DNA from: Octopus vulgaris
Taxonomy: Eukaryota
Direction: 5' to 3'
Length of the DNA: 64,000 nucleotides
Assembly: GCA_951406725.2 (NCBI GenBank)
Contig: OX597814.1
Location: 149,110,001 to 149,174,000 of the forward strand
Shown here: positions 1 through 13,035 of the stretch, in pieces
Layout: each line of letters opens with the position of its first letter
Numbering within the stretch: the first letter of the stretch is position 1
Translations under genes and position numbers: made by a program
Notes under the pieces: model-generated
Seen by the model: the letters and a program-made list of their open reading frames with translations, nothing else
Database searches by the model: none
What the model was told of the DNA's origin: nothing

Positions 1-835
1 ACAACACCATGACAACCACACACGCGGTTGACAAATAGACACCATCCGACCAAATACTACAGACACACAGACACATCTATTCACACCACATTTATATGTA
101 TGCACACACACATACACACAGAGACACACATACTCACCTCATCCTAACCCCAACATATTTGATGCTTGAAGGAGAGCCAAAAAAAAGAAAAAAAAACGGG
201 TACATTCTTTTCAATTCCACATTTCTGCTAAAACGGACAGGTTAGTGACAACCTCACCACTACAATAATGTAAATCTTTTTGAACTCATAATATTCTGTA
301 TGTGTATACTGAACTTTTTTTAATAATTCCTCCTGGAAATTACCCTGAGGTATTTGTTTTAATCTTTTCTGCCCATTTTTTCAATGAGCTTGTTAATTTT
401 TTTTTATATTCTCAACATACTGTTGTCACCAAAGACTGTATATTTATATGGATTATAGTACTCTGTGTCAACCAATATTCTGTGCATGTTTGAATATACA
501 GATACAGTACCAATATCAATTCCTTCTGGAAACTATGTTAAGTATGTCCTTGAGAACGATTATTTATGTAATCTTTTTTGCCCAATATTTTAAGGAACTT
601 GTTGAACTTTTTTATGTCCTTAACATGTCCCTGTTACCAAAGACTGTATATATATATGTAATGTAGCAATTTGCAACAACCAATAATTAACGCAACCAAA
701 CTTCCACATGTTACTTTTGACAATCTTTTTCCAAAGAGTGAAACCGGTAAAGTAAATAAACATCTTTTAAATTGCATTTTCAAACCTTCTTTCGTATATA
801 ATTCCACTCGTGCGGTACCCCACAACTCCACTTTG

Positions 836-893
<58 letters not shown>

Positions 894-1049
894 TTCATAG
901 ATTTAAGTTGATACATAAAAATGAAACGGCATTTCACAATATGACTCGACGGTCAGATTCGTGGTAATGTGCCAATATGCCCGATATCAATTTTGAAAGA
1001 TAGGGAAAACTGTGTATGTGGAGTTAGTGAAGCGGGAAACTTAAGCTGC

Positions 1050-1830
1050 CGATGGAAAACCTTTTCTGGTTAGTAAATCTAGGTTGAAAATTTTAAGAAA
1101 ACTTTGAACTTGCACAACATAAACATCAACATAAACATCACTGATAAATCGAGCAATGCTGAATCAAATGCTACGATTAATCATACCTTGAAACTGTAAA
1201 CAATTATATATATATATATATATATATATATGATAAAATTAAAACATACCTAAAGGGTAATACACATTAAAGGCAATAAAAATGTAGTTGAAACTGTACT
1301 TCTAGAATCTCGTGCTCTTGAATAAAAATTAAGACTAGGATTTAAAGTTTCTAGAAATCCCCTGATATTTCCAGAAAATCCTCGGGTATCACCCGAAAGT
1401 GTAAGGGGTTGTAAGATACGCGACGCTTAATTTACCTATTATTTAATGTTTAAATAAGAAGGTATTGATTCATGATCGTTTTAAAGAATGGTTGACAAAT
1501 ATTCTTTGTTCTGTTGTGGAAAGCAACATTGCCGGATATAATATATCCAAGGAAACAGTAGTATTTTTTGACAATGCATCAAGCCTTCCAGTAAGCTTAC
1601 ATGTGGGAGTAGAAAATATTCTCAAATATAAATTCTTGACTCCAACAAATGAATCAAAGCGTGATGACTAAATTCAAAGGAAATTATTTAACAACATATG
1701 AAAGCAATTGACTGGGAAGATAAACCTGTGTTAGGGATATTATCGATAATAGCGACAGCATAACTAAACCATGGAATGAAGTAAAGCCCTCAACTCTGAA
1801 CTGTGTTTAGTAAAACATACAGCTACACAC
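1050..1830 (+). mobile_element. Highly decayed pogo/Tigger-like DNA transposon relic
   Basis: ORF 1465-1671 reads F-K-E-W-L...VVFFDNASS-P...KFLTPT, resembling the Tigger DDE region (LLxLDNAPxHP...FLPPNTT). Near 1085-1160 there is ENFKK...LHNINI (CENP-B HTH-like), and near 1770-1810 WNEVKPSTLNCV. Many stops and frameshifts; ends not defined. Confidence 0.6.
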
Positions 1831-2525
1831 TATCCGTAAGTTAACTCGTTTTCCACACGCAGAAAGTCTCATCAAATATGGTAAATTAGAGTGACAAAGT
1901 AATTGTCATTGAAGGAGTCATGGAGTATGTAGTTTTCGAATGAGAAAATTTATCTAACTGGTTGCTGTGACTGTTGAAACAAAAGCAAGTGGAGAATACG
2001 AATGAGAATACGGAAATCCCATCAAATTCCACTTAAATTGACAGCAATGGATATAGCCAAAGGTTGTCACATATGGAGAAAAGAATACAAGTTTTTGCTG
2101 ATAACAACACATTTAGTGAATATAACAAACGTTACAAAAGAAATTTACAATGAGCTGTCTTTACAATGAGCTGTACAAAGAAATGATGCGACATAAACAT
2201 CAAACAATTTTGGATAGATACCGCTGTGAAGTTATTCATGATAATGATGAAGTATTAGAAGAATGTTTGTCATCCTTCCAGTAACTCTCGTTCCATGACT
2301 ATCTTTCACACATCAGTCAACTTCTTTTGTGGAAAGAACACACCCTATTAAGATATGAGGATTCTTATCTATTCCTCAATGTATTTCTCTTGAAATGTTT
2401 TTATGTGAGCATTTTATACCGTGTGTGCTTAGAAACAGTTAGTCTCATGCATAAAAGCTGACATGCTGCTTGTTTGTTTTATACCTTTTTCTTTGTTATG
2501 TTTTCTAAAGCATCTACTGCAAATC

Positions 2526-2625
2526 TTTCTCATTGGATAATTTGAAAACCAATGAGAAAATTCGCTCCCCGTAACAGGGTTACTACGTCACGACAAGAAT
2601 ATCATGAATTATTTACTTCCGTATC
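2526..2625. promoter_or_regulatory. Candidate promoter/enhancer module: paired inverted CCAAT boxes, CRE half-site, ETS-like site
   Basis: tttctcattgg-N12-ccaatgagaaa, acgtca at 2585, acttccg at 2615, locally CpG-rich. Motif evidence only. Confidence 0.3.
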
Positions 2626-3299
2626 CCGGCGTTTTCCTGTAATTATACTCAATACTAAGCATCAAACATGTTTTTGCTGAACTACACACAGGCACATACA
2701 TTCAAATATATGTATATATTTACAAGTATTTTAAGCTTAAAAGTGTGTATGTATTTGTGAATGTACATGCATGCATTCGAGTGTGTGTGTTTATGTGTTT
2801 GTGTGTCTGTGGGTGCGTGTGTGTCTGTGGGTGAGTGTGTGTCTGTGTGTGTGTTTGTGTGTGTTCAAGAGCGTTGCTACGTTCACCATTTGAAGTCTAC
2901 TATATTTTTTTAACAGATTATCAGAATATTTTCTCCAAAATATAGACTTTATTTTGTTCAAAGCGGTTGCACCGTCCTCTTCTTAAAATTTAATTCAATT
3001 CTACTAAAATCCTTTGCCATGGCAACAAGAAAGTTCTTTTGTATAAATATCGAATTCTATGCTTCAACTTGTATACTTTTCAAAACATTCTGATTCATGC
3101 CCTTCATTTGCGTTTCTTTTCTCCTTGCCACTTCTTTGAAGTTCTTTGTAATCTATTCGTTTTGTGTCTTTCGCCTTTTATTTTAACAGATATTACACTA
3201 ACCCACGCCGTCAGCTCAGCTTCATCGGTCTCTTTGTTACATTAATTTTATGTATCTAATGATCTTTTATTCTCCCTTTTTAAATTTAGTGTATGGAGG

Positions 3300-3322
3300 A
3301 ATGTATATACACATACAAACAT

Positions 3323-3364
<42 letters not shown>

Positions 3365-3371
3365 TTGCGTG

Positions 3372-3438
<67 letters not shown>

Positions 3439-3463
3439 ATATGTATGTATATATATATATATG

Positions 3464-3516
<53 letters not shown>

Positions 3517-3595
3517 TCATGCATGTATGTAGGTATATAATTACACACACACACACACATATATATGTAATTATATACCTACATACATACACGAA

Positions 3596-3639
<44 letters not shown>

Positions 3640-3818
3640 CAAGTGTGTGCCTGTGTGTGTGTCTGTCTGCGTGCATGTGTATCGGTGCGTGTGTGCGTAA
3701 GTGCATCCATGTTTGCACGTATGTATAAAAAAGACTAATTGCTAGATAGATATTTGCATGCATTTATGAATATATACATGTATGCATGCATACATACATA
3801 CATACACACATACACACA

Positions 3819-3854
<36 letters not shown>

Positions 3855-3970
3855 TATACATACATACATGCATACATACATACACACATACATACATACA
3901 TATACATACATACATACATACATACATACATACATACATACATACATACATACATACATACATACATACA

Positions 3971-4000
<30 letters not shown>
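3300..4000. repeat. Compound (TA)n/(TATG)n/(CA)n/(TACA)n microsatellite field
   Basis: Directly visible; explains the YIYI/MYVC ORFs. Confidence 0.95.
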
Positions 4001-4001
<1 letters not shown>

Positions 4002-4299
4002 TGTTGTTGTGATTATCACGAAACTCGCCTACAAATTCTGAACAGAAACTCGTGTTGCATTATTCCGTTTATATCTATGATCTACTCCGGTAATTTTTTA
4101 ACAAATTATTATACCTCTCTTTTTAAAACTTGACATCCATTAACGATAAAGTTTAATTGATGTGCAAGAAAACCTTATCAAACTAAACTAGTAGATTTGT
4201 CTGAATGTGCAGGACAAACAGCGACAAATATTTTGTCTCCAGATATATTAACATTATTAGTAAAACTGACGACCTTTGTACAATTAGTATCTATGTATG

Positions 4300-4367
<68 letters not shown>

Positions 4368-4377
4368 CATCCATCTA

Positions 4378-4489
4378 TCAAGATTAATCAGCCGAAATTG
4401 CGAGGATTATCCGGTTCATGATTGATGATTAGTGGCTTCGAACGACCCGTCCCTGTTTTTTGTATGTTTTGCGTTCCTGTCCCATTTTG

Positions 4490-4492
<3 letters not shown>
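4378..4492 (+). repeat. Fragment of an unclassified interspersed repeat (inverse copy of part of 39455-39830)
   Basis: caagattaatcagccgaaatt...atccggttc...ggcttcgaa is the reverse complement of 39514-39578. Confidence 0.7.
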
Positions 4493-4544
<52 letters not shown>

Positions 4545-4622
4545 CTGTCTGTTTATGTATATATCTATCTATCTTCGTAGCTATCTGTCCATCTATCTAT
4601 CTATCTTCGTAGCTATCTGTCC

Positions 4623-4654
<32 letters not shown>

Positions 4655-6350
4655 GCCGTCCACCAGCGCCTCCGTCGTGGGACGCTGCACCGACGGCCCG
4701 GTTGAGTTGCTCGGGGTCTGGTTTGGTCCGGACCTCCAAGTGGAGAAGAACTGGAACGAGATAACGAGTAGGGTGGTCACTCTCGCCCGGCAATGGGCCG
4801 AGAGGAAACTGTCCCTAAAAGGTCGGGCGGAGGTGGCGAACACGTACATCGAGTCCGTCATCTACTACTGCCTGACCGTTGTGCCTTGTCCCGACCCTAC
4901 CATCACCAAACTACAACGCATTCTCGTTCGCTTCTTGTGGAAAGGACGCGTCCTGATGGTCAGGCGATCCATTTGCTGTCAACACCCGTTAAAAGGAGGA
5001 CTGGGCATGCCGTGGTTGATGATGCGCAGACACGCGCTGAGACTGCGACATCTCAGGCTCTTCGTAGACGACGGTGAACAGGTGTGGTCGCCGTTTGTGA
5101 GGCACGCTTTCCCGCAGCTCGTCTCCTTGACCGAACTGCAGTCGTGGATCAAAAAGAGGCCGAGGAAGAGCGAATGGCACCGCGAGTGTCGCGTTGCTCT
5201 CAAGCAACTCTGCCGTCCTGGGTCGACCTTGAGTGACTTCAACACAACCAAAGCATTCTATAGGGGATTAGTGGAGGGGAGGTACGACGACGAGCTCGGG
5301 GCGAACCTGGACGTCGACGAGGAGTACCTGACCCGCCTGTTCAGGACGACTTTCGGGCCAGGGCCCATAGACAACTTCCAGAGATCCCTGGCCTGGCAGT
5401 GCTACCGAGAAGCCATACCCGTTCGGGATAAGCTCTACAGACACGGCTCGAGAAACACGGGGCCGACCTGCCTGAGATGCGATCAGAGCGACGAAACCGT
5501 TCTGCACGCACTCGTGCAGTGTCCAACAATTTCCGACCTGTGGGCTTATGTCGAACAACTGCTGTCACGTGTGGGACGAGTCGGTTTATCAGCTGAGTCT
5601 ATCGTCAATATTGTCACACCTCCTTCCTTCAAACGGGAAGGAAGAGCTATTTTCATCATCTGTGTGGCTATGGCGAAAGAATGTATCTGGTGGACGTGTC
5701 TGAAAGGATTGGAGACAAACACTTTCCTCTCTGGTCAATCTCTCATCAACTTCTTCAAGTACCACTTGAAAAGGAAAGTGAGAGTAGAGAGGTAAGTTTT
5801 GTCTAGCGAATGTTTTAAAAAAAGATGGGTGAATGTAGCAACGATGGCACGTATGAATGACGAAGCCACCTTGAGCATAATCCTATGAACCCAGAAATTG
5901 AAAACAGAGGGTTACCCACTTGCAAACAAATGTGGTAACATATAACAATATTGACCAAGGTTACCGTGGTCTTTTTCGTAGGCTTTTCTTCCCACGGATA
6001 AACCTTACTTGCTTTCCCCTTTACACCATATATCATAACACTGTGATACACGATCCCTATTGATCTTTTTTTTCCTCTTCCCCTTTTTTTCCCCTTTTTT
6101 CTTCTTTTTTCATTTCTCTTTTCTTTTGTTCCTTTTCCTTTTTTTTTTTTTTCTTTTTTCTTTTTTATTTTATTTATTTTTTTTTTGTTCTTTTCTTCCC
6201 TTTTACGATCCCTCTTGATCGAAAACCTACGCCACCCCCTTTTTTTTCTTTTTGTTTCTTTTGTTTTTTGTTTTTTTCATCCCCCAAAAGAAAAGCTCTA
6301 CCTTGTAATTTGTCCCATCTGTGTGCAGCCCTGTGTGGCCAATAAAGAAA
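4655..6350 (+). mobile_element. 5'-truncated Tx1/L1-clade non-LTR retrotransposon inserted in (TATC)n
   Basis: ORF 4677-5795 has LLGVWFG, W..RKLSLKGRA, FLWKG, GGLGMP and the zf-RVT knuckle CLRCDQSDETVLHALVQC. The frame continues past TAA 5793 to TGA 5888. T-rich 3' UTR, AATAAA at 6341, and (CTAT)n on both sides. Confidence 0.9.
4677..5888 (+). pseudogene. C-terminal part of LINE ORF2 (end of RT plus zf-RVT) with one premature stop
   Basis: 372-aa ORF followed by 30 more in-frame codons after TAA 5793-5795. Confidence 0.85.
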
Positions 6351-6366
6351 CTTATCTATCTATTAT

Positions 6367-6460
<94 letters not shown>

Positions 6461-7540
6461 GTCTGTCTATCTGTCTTTCTGTCTATCTATCTATCTATCT
6501 ATCAATATATCTATCTATCTATCTGTCCATCTGTCTATCTATCTATTTTTCTATCTATCTATCTAGCCATCTATCCATCTGTCTATCTGTCTGTCTGTCT
6601 GTCTCTGTGTATTTAAGTGTCTGCATATGTGCGTGCGTGCGTGTGCGCTTGCGTGTGTGTGTGTGTGTGCGTGCGTATGTTTGTGTATGTGCGTCTGTGT
6701 GTTTCGGACATTTTGGTTACATAATTTTGTATCAACCCATTAAATTGTCAAATTGCACAACTTGAAAGAGTAACTTGCCTTTTATCGTAAACTTTTCTTC
6801 CGACAGTTATTTGTTGCAAGACAGTAATGGATTCCAAGTAGATGCAACAGGCCGAAGACAGCAGGTTTGTTTGTTTTTTCGGTGGCGACACCATTGACAA
6901 TAGGACTGTTTAAATTAAGGATGAAGAATTTTAAAGAAAGAAAACCAGAATTTATGCAGTAGACGAATCCCACTCTGTGTATTTGTAGTACAGGTGGATT
7001 GCAGTTAGTATGTGTTATATAAATTTCTCGCGAGCTATAATCATTGAAATGTGTAAAAAGTAGTTTTCATCAGCAATTGGCTTCCGATTTGAGCAAGTGG
7101 ATTGAAGTCGGCTGGCGGAAAGAATACCTTCGGCTCTGCTAATAAGTCAAGAAAAGTGCATATTTTTCTATGTAGAAGGCTCCATCTATGAAAGAATAAC
7201 ACACTTCTTTTCCAAGACCGAAGAGTTTTAGGAACTAGCGATTTGCATGGAAAGTCGTAGTGAATGTTGTATAAGAATGGCATCATTTTCGATGATTTTC
7301 TATAATGTAGCCATCCTGTGAGTAGCGAATGGTATGTTCAGACATTAAAAGAAAAATAGAGGAGGAAGAGAGCGGATGAGAATCTGAAAACTATCAGCAT
7401 TAACCATGACCAGCAGAAGTTACACATCAACACGAGGACCAAGAATTTCGTGCATGGCACTTATCAAACTCGGACTTTGATAAGTGCTATGTGAGAATTA
7501 CTCGACTCTTGAGCCACTTCGTAAGTTCAGCTGATTATAG

Positions 7541-7541
7541 A

Positions 7542-7584
<43 letters not shown>

Positions 7585-7591
7585 GCTGCTG

Positions 7592-7638
<47 letters not shown>

Positions 7639-7775
7639 ACTACTACTACTACTACTACTACTATTACTACTGCTGCTGCTGCTCTTCTGCTGCTCTACCT
7701 CTGCTACTACCACTACCACAACTACTACTGCTACTACTACTGCTGCTGCTGCTGCTGCTACTACTACTACTACTT

Positions 7776-7860
<85 letters not shown>
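7541..7860. repeat. (CTA)n/(CTG)n/(AAT)n compound trinucleotide microsatellite
   Basis: Directly visible. Confidence 0.95.
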
Positions 7861-7862
<2 letters not shown>

Positions 7863-8416
7863 GCCCTGATGCAGTACCAAGCAGTGGCTCTCACGGTTTC
7901 TGATCTTAACTGATTGGAAGTGTTATCATGTACATTGTTTTGTCTTGGTATAAAAGATGGGCTGCAGCAAATATTCTGCTCAATACTGCAGATTTGCTTG
8001 TCAGTTGTTTGACCTTAACCAGTTGAGCATGTCCCTTAGTGGCTGACGGTATGTGCATCTCTGATCATGAGCAGAAGTAGTGGGGGAGCATCATAGCCAT
8101 GTGTTGATAGGGATTCTTTGGGGTTTGAATAATTCACTTCTGGAAATATTGATGGTTCGTTCAACTTCCTTAAACAACCCTTATTAGGGACGTTTTGAGT
8201 GGGATGGGTTACTTGACCAGATGGAAATTCTAACTGGGCCCCACCTGCAAGGTCATGTGCTGTTTATCTTGATATGAGATCACCATGTCCGTGCACATAT
8301 GGTGGTGATGCATGTGCCTAGTGTACCCTTATCAGATGGGTAGTCATGATGGGTATACTGGGCTTCGTATATTTTACCCCAGTGTCACTTTCATGGCATG
8401 CACTGCTCTCTCACTC

Positions 8417-8417
<1 letters not shown>
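7860..8417 (+). mobile_element. ~560-bp non-coding interspersed element flanked by (AAT)n, copy 1
   Basis: Runs from aatgccctgatgcagtacca to gctctctcactcaataat. Colinear homolog at 26449-26982. Confidence 0.85.
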
Positions 8418-8490
<73 letters not shown>

Positions 8491-8491
<1 letters not shown>

Positions 8492-8650
8492 CTTGGCACC
8501 GAGCCAGCAATTTGGAAGGAGACAATAAGTCGATAACATCGACCCCAATCTTCAACTCGTTCTTATTTTCTCGACTCCGGAAGAAGGGTGAAAGGAAAAA
8601 TCGACATCAGGGGAAATTGAATTCGGAGCGTAAGGCCAGAAGAAATGGTT
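8491..8650 (-). mobile_element. Decayed SINE, family 2
   Basis: Reverse complement of the gtcgac-tttgcctttcatcc-ggggtcgat body. Confidence 0.6.
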
Positions 8651-8707
8651 GTACGCATGTTTGTCAGGCGTACTATATATACGTGTGTGTGCGTGCTTGC
8701 GTGCAGT

Positions 8708-9008
8708 TGCATGGGTTAGTGGTTAGAGCGTCGGGCTCACAATCCTGAGTTGTGTTCTTGAGCAAGAATCTTAATTTCACGTTGCTCCAGTTCACTCAGC
8801 TGTGGAAATTAGCTGCAACGTCACTTGTGCCAAACTGTATCGGACTTTGCCTTTCCCTTGGATAACATCAATGGCATAGTGAGGAGAGGCTACTATGCAT
8901 GAGCGACTGTTGGTCGTTCTTAAACAACCTCACCCGAACTTGCGCCTTCGAAGAGAACATTCTACGTGTAATCGCATGGTCATTCATGACCGAAGGGAGA
9001 TCTTACCT
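8708..9008 (+). mobile_element. tRNA-derived SINE (third family, CORE/V-like central segment)
   Basis: A-box-like tagtggttagagcg followed by gttgtgttcttgagcaag...ttgctccagttcactcagctg. Confidence 0.65.
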
Positions 9009-9032
9009 TTACATATATATAAATATATATTC

Positions 9033-9246
9033 GTTTATTCTTTTACACTTTTCAGTCATTTGACTGCAGCCAAGATGGAGCACAGCCTTCAAGGGATTTA
9101 ATCGAAGAAATCGACACAAGAACATATTTTTTATAAGCCTAGTACTTCTATCGGTTTCTTTTGCCGACATCAACGCACCATCAGCAGTTGCCAAGCGATA
9201 GTTGGGGGACAACCACAGGCACAAAGATACACACACATAAATCCAC

Positions 9247-9305
<59 letters not shown>

Positions 9306-9512
9306 CATACATACATACATACATACATACATACATACATACATACATACAACAAGCGTCTTTCGGTTTCTGTTTACCAAATCTACTTTCAAGGCTTTGG
9401 CTAGCCCGAAGCTATGGTAGAAGATAGTTGCCAATTGTGAAACGCAGTGGGACTGAACCCGGAACCATGTTGTTGGGAAGCAATCTTCTTACCACACACC
9501 CAGGCTTACGCC
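9033..9512 (-). mobile_element. tRNA-derived SINE, family 1
   Basis: Reverse complement of the 12105-12488 type, including the internal microsatellite and 3' cagtc/gactg tail. Confidence 0.85.
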
Positions 9513-9606
9513 TATATATATGTGTGTGTGTATGTGTGTGCCTGTGTGTCTGTCTGTGTGCGTGTGCGCGTGTATGTGTGTGTGTGTGTTCAAATGGGAA
9601 TCTGTA

Positions 9607-9848
9607 TTTAGAAGCCTGCTTTCGAATCACATGGTACTGGGTTCAGTCCTACTGAGTGGCACCTTTGCAAGTATCTTCAATTATAGCTTCGGGCATATCA
9701 AGGCATTGTGAGTGGATTTGATAGATGGAAACTGAAAGAAACCCGTCGTATATTTATACATATCTATACGTGTGTGTATTTGTGTCTGTGTTTGTTCCCA
9801 CTACGCTCGACAACTAATGTTGGTTTGTTTACGTCTACGTAACTTAGC
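9607..9848 (+). mobile_element. SINE family 1, partial
   Basis: gggttcagtcc B-box region and gtgagtggatttg...ggaaactgaaagaa body. Confidence 0.8.
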
Positions 9849-10904
9849 ACGAAATTCAATATTATATTCATATACCCTGAGCAAAATATCTCCAGACTGC
9901 TATAATGAATCCATAAACACTTATATAATATATAAAACATCCAAGAGTATTTTTTTCTCGCTGAAGATATGTTCAGGGCATATGAATTTAATATTTAATT
10001 AATTCATTCTGCTGTAAGGGACGATGATTGATTTTCTGTTAATAATAAACAATTATCAACTTCCCAATCTCCATTTTCTGTTTCTTCTTTTAAATGAATA
10101 TAAACCACAGTTTATATACAAACCTATTATTTTAAGAAAATCAATTCCCCCAAAATATTAGGTGCTGAACCAGTATTTCCTTGGATGACACCATCCCTTC
10201 TTCACGAGGCTAACGTAACCTGTAATCGAATATATAAGTATAATGTTTGCGTGTGTGCGTGTGTATGTATGTGTGCGTTTGTGTGCATGTGTAAGTGTGA
10301 GTGTACATGTATCTATCATTTTGCGAGAGTATCTATCGTGAGTGTACACGAATCTATCATTTTGGCAGTAATGCCGTTTTTCTGTTCTTTTTCTTTTGCT
10401 CTTCATTTGTCTCACTCGTTCTCTCTTTTAGACTCTTTTATTTTTTCTCTTTGATTCTGTATTGGTCTCACTCCCACCCAAACACATTATTTTTGCGTCA
10501 TCCATTTTCTCCCGGCTTCTCTAGATTCTACCACTTTTCCGCATGGTAAATCCTAAAGCAATAAATTTTCATTTAACCCCCAACGAAACCATTTTAATCA
10601 TCAATTTTGATAAATACTTGTGCTTATTGGAATTCTTTCTCTCTATCCCCCTTCTCCCGTTTATGTTAGATTTTTTTAACCTCATGTTACCATTTGAGAC
10701 TTCTTTCAAATCTGTTAATACATTTTTTGTCATGGTTCTCAGTTTTAAAATAAACCAGAACAAAACATGGAATTTCTACGTTTAAAGTTCTGCTAGCTTC
10801 ACTTGCAGTAGAAGTGAAATGAAAGGGGTTTTAAGGGGAGAACGAATCAAGAAAAAATTCGATTGAAAATATTTCTTTTCGTATCTACATCTTCATAAAT
10901 CATG

Positions 10905-11410
10905 TTAGCTGATTACCTCCAAATTTAGCAAGGCTGCATTGATCGAGCAAATTTATGATCCAAATCGTTCCAGCAGCGGCTATAACAATTTTAGGACATA
11001 ATGCATCTACGATTACATCATCCAATGCAAATGTTTTTTTATTATATGCTATTTTATTTTTATTCCATTTTCTTTTACTTTTTCTTTTTTTTTTGTAAAA
11101 ATGTTGGCTGTGTGAGCTGGTTGCTATTTCTATCAGCTGCAACTGTATGTCATGATGATGATAATGATGGTGGTGGTGGTGGTGGTGGTGGTAACGTCTT
11201 ATTGCTGATTAGGTCTTGATTTAACAATTGCATGATCCAAAATACTCAGACAGTGCTTATCCTGGCATTTTCTTTCTTCTCAGCTGAACATATTACACAA
11301 CTGTTTTTTTGTTGTTTTTTTTTATCTCTCCTCGGAATATCTGGCATATTTTGAAGGAGCATTTTACTGCTATTTTCAGAAGATTAAGTTGCTGAATAAT
11401 TTGCTTCCTT
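10905..11410 (+). repeat. Two tandem copies of an old ~220-bp interspersed repeat (further copies near 49385-49795 and 59325-59510)
   Basis: Shared degenerate blocks: tgatcgagca..atgatc, gcatctacgattacat/gtatctaggattaca, tggttgctatttct/ttactgctatttt. Confidence 0.5.
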
Positions 11411-11876
11411 GATGATTCGGATAATATGAATGCCTTTTATAACAGTTCATCGCATACACTGATAAATGTATGTAATTATACCATATCGAGAATAGTTTCT
11501 AAATATTTTTGACAACGTTTGGATCATTGGATTATGAAATCAAGACAAATTACCAAAATGTAAAATAACCGAGAATCAAAATTGGCTATTGGTTGGGGTA
11601 GTTATGAGTATGCGAGTTGCTCTCTCATATTCGTAGTAATTTGAATAGAAATTTGTAAGAGTTCACAATTACTTGATAGTTTATCTAATTTAGAGCAATA
11701 ATACCAGAGGATTGAAATTCATAACTGAATTTGAATTCTGAAATTAAAGAAATTCTACTTGTTATTGTATTAATGTTCACCAGAAATCTATATACACATA
11801 CTCACAGACCTATGATGGTAGGACCATTATATTGAATTACGTTTAAAATTTATGTGGTTTTGTTTATAAATCCATC

Positions 11877-11915
<39 letters not shown>

Positions 11916-12073
11916 AAAGGGCTTAGTAAAATAAATAATTCAAATAATTCAAATAATTTGAATTCGCCTTATATAATGTAATAATTTGAATTCGCCTTAA
12001 ATGGTCCCTTTGCATACTGAACACTTGGTGAAATTGATTAATAATTAATTAATTTTACCCTCAATTGTTGAAA

Positions 12074-12104
<31 letters not shown>

Positions 12105-12106
<2 letters not shown>

Positions 12107-12485
12107 CGCAGGAGTGGCTGTGTGGTAAGTAGCTTGTTTACCAACCACATGGTTCCGGGTTCAGTCCTGCGTGGCACTTTGGGCAAGTCTCTTCTACTAT
12201 AGCCTCGGGCCGACCAAAGCCTTGTGAGTGGATTTGGTAGACGGAAACTGAAAGAAGCCCGTCGTATATATGTATGTATATATATGTGTGTGTGTTTGTG
12301 TGAGTGTGTTTGTCCCCCTAGCATTGCTTGTGTTTATGTCCCCGTTACTTAGCGGTTCGACAAAAGAGACCGATAGAATAAGTTCTGGGCTTACAAAAGA
12401 ATAAGTCCCTGGGTCGAGTTGCTCGATTAAAGGCGTCGCTCCAGCATGGCCGCAGTCAAATGACTGAAACAAGTAAAAGAGTAAA

Positions 12486-12488
<3 letters not shown>
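12105..12488 (+). mobile_element. Full-length tRNA-derived SINE, family 1 (CORE-like; resembles octopus OR/OK SINEs)
   Basis: A box tggctgtgtggt, B box ggttcagtcc, CORE-like ttgggcaagt, internal (TA)/(TG) tract, 3' tail ccagcatggccgcagtcaaatgactgaaac followed by (gtaaaaga)2, flanked by (TA)n. Confidence 0.9.
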
Positions 12489-12531
<43 letters not shown>

Positions 12532-12998
12532 CATGATGTGTGTGTGCACGTGAATGTACTTTATGTACGTCCACAAATTAGCAAGCATGTCGCTCCAATA
12601 TTAAGAGGACAGTGCTTTTGTCAACTTATTTTCCCTGAGGCACCCCCGGATAGCGGTAAAAATAGCTTTTCAACCATGACTTTTACCAATTTTCATGTCT
12701 GTGAAATCCGTAAGTTTGCTAACATGAGTTAAGTCCCCTCTCTTATAAATTACTTCACTCTACTACAATACCTCCGAATAAAATTAGATTTGGACTACCT
12801 AAGCAATCTCAGCGTCGGAAAAGAGAAAGAGCTGAAGAGACTGGATATCAGCAGACCCATTAGTAAAATATTATAACATTTTGGGCCGAAACATAGCACT
12901 ACCAGCTTGCGGATATTCCGCTACAAAACATTCAATAATATCGAAGCAATAACTTTCATAAATCAGGGTATAATTTTTGAAGACTCTTTCTGAACGCA

Positions 12999-13035
<37 letters not shown>

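Noticed and set aside
3248-4133. Many overlapping ORFs (YIYI, MYVC, HTYI), and similar poly-V/S/N/I/H ORFs elsewhere (7491-7913, 54643-55013, 60114-60554)
   Set aside because: They are translations of stop-free microsatellites, not genes.
6782-7350. Coding-like minus-strand stretch with two short ORFs
   Set aside because: No recognisable motif or splice structure; cannot be assigned without a search.
12826-12902. CTGAAGA...GAAAC-ata-GCA hammerhead-like match
   Set aside because: U16.1 is missing and stems I and II are too weak; compatible with chance.
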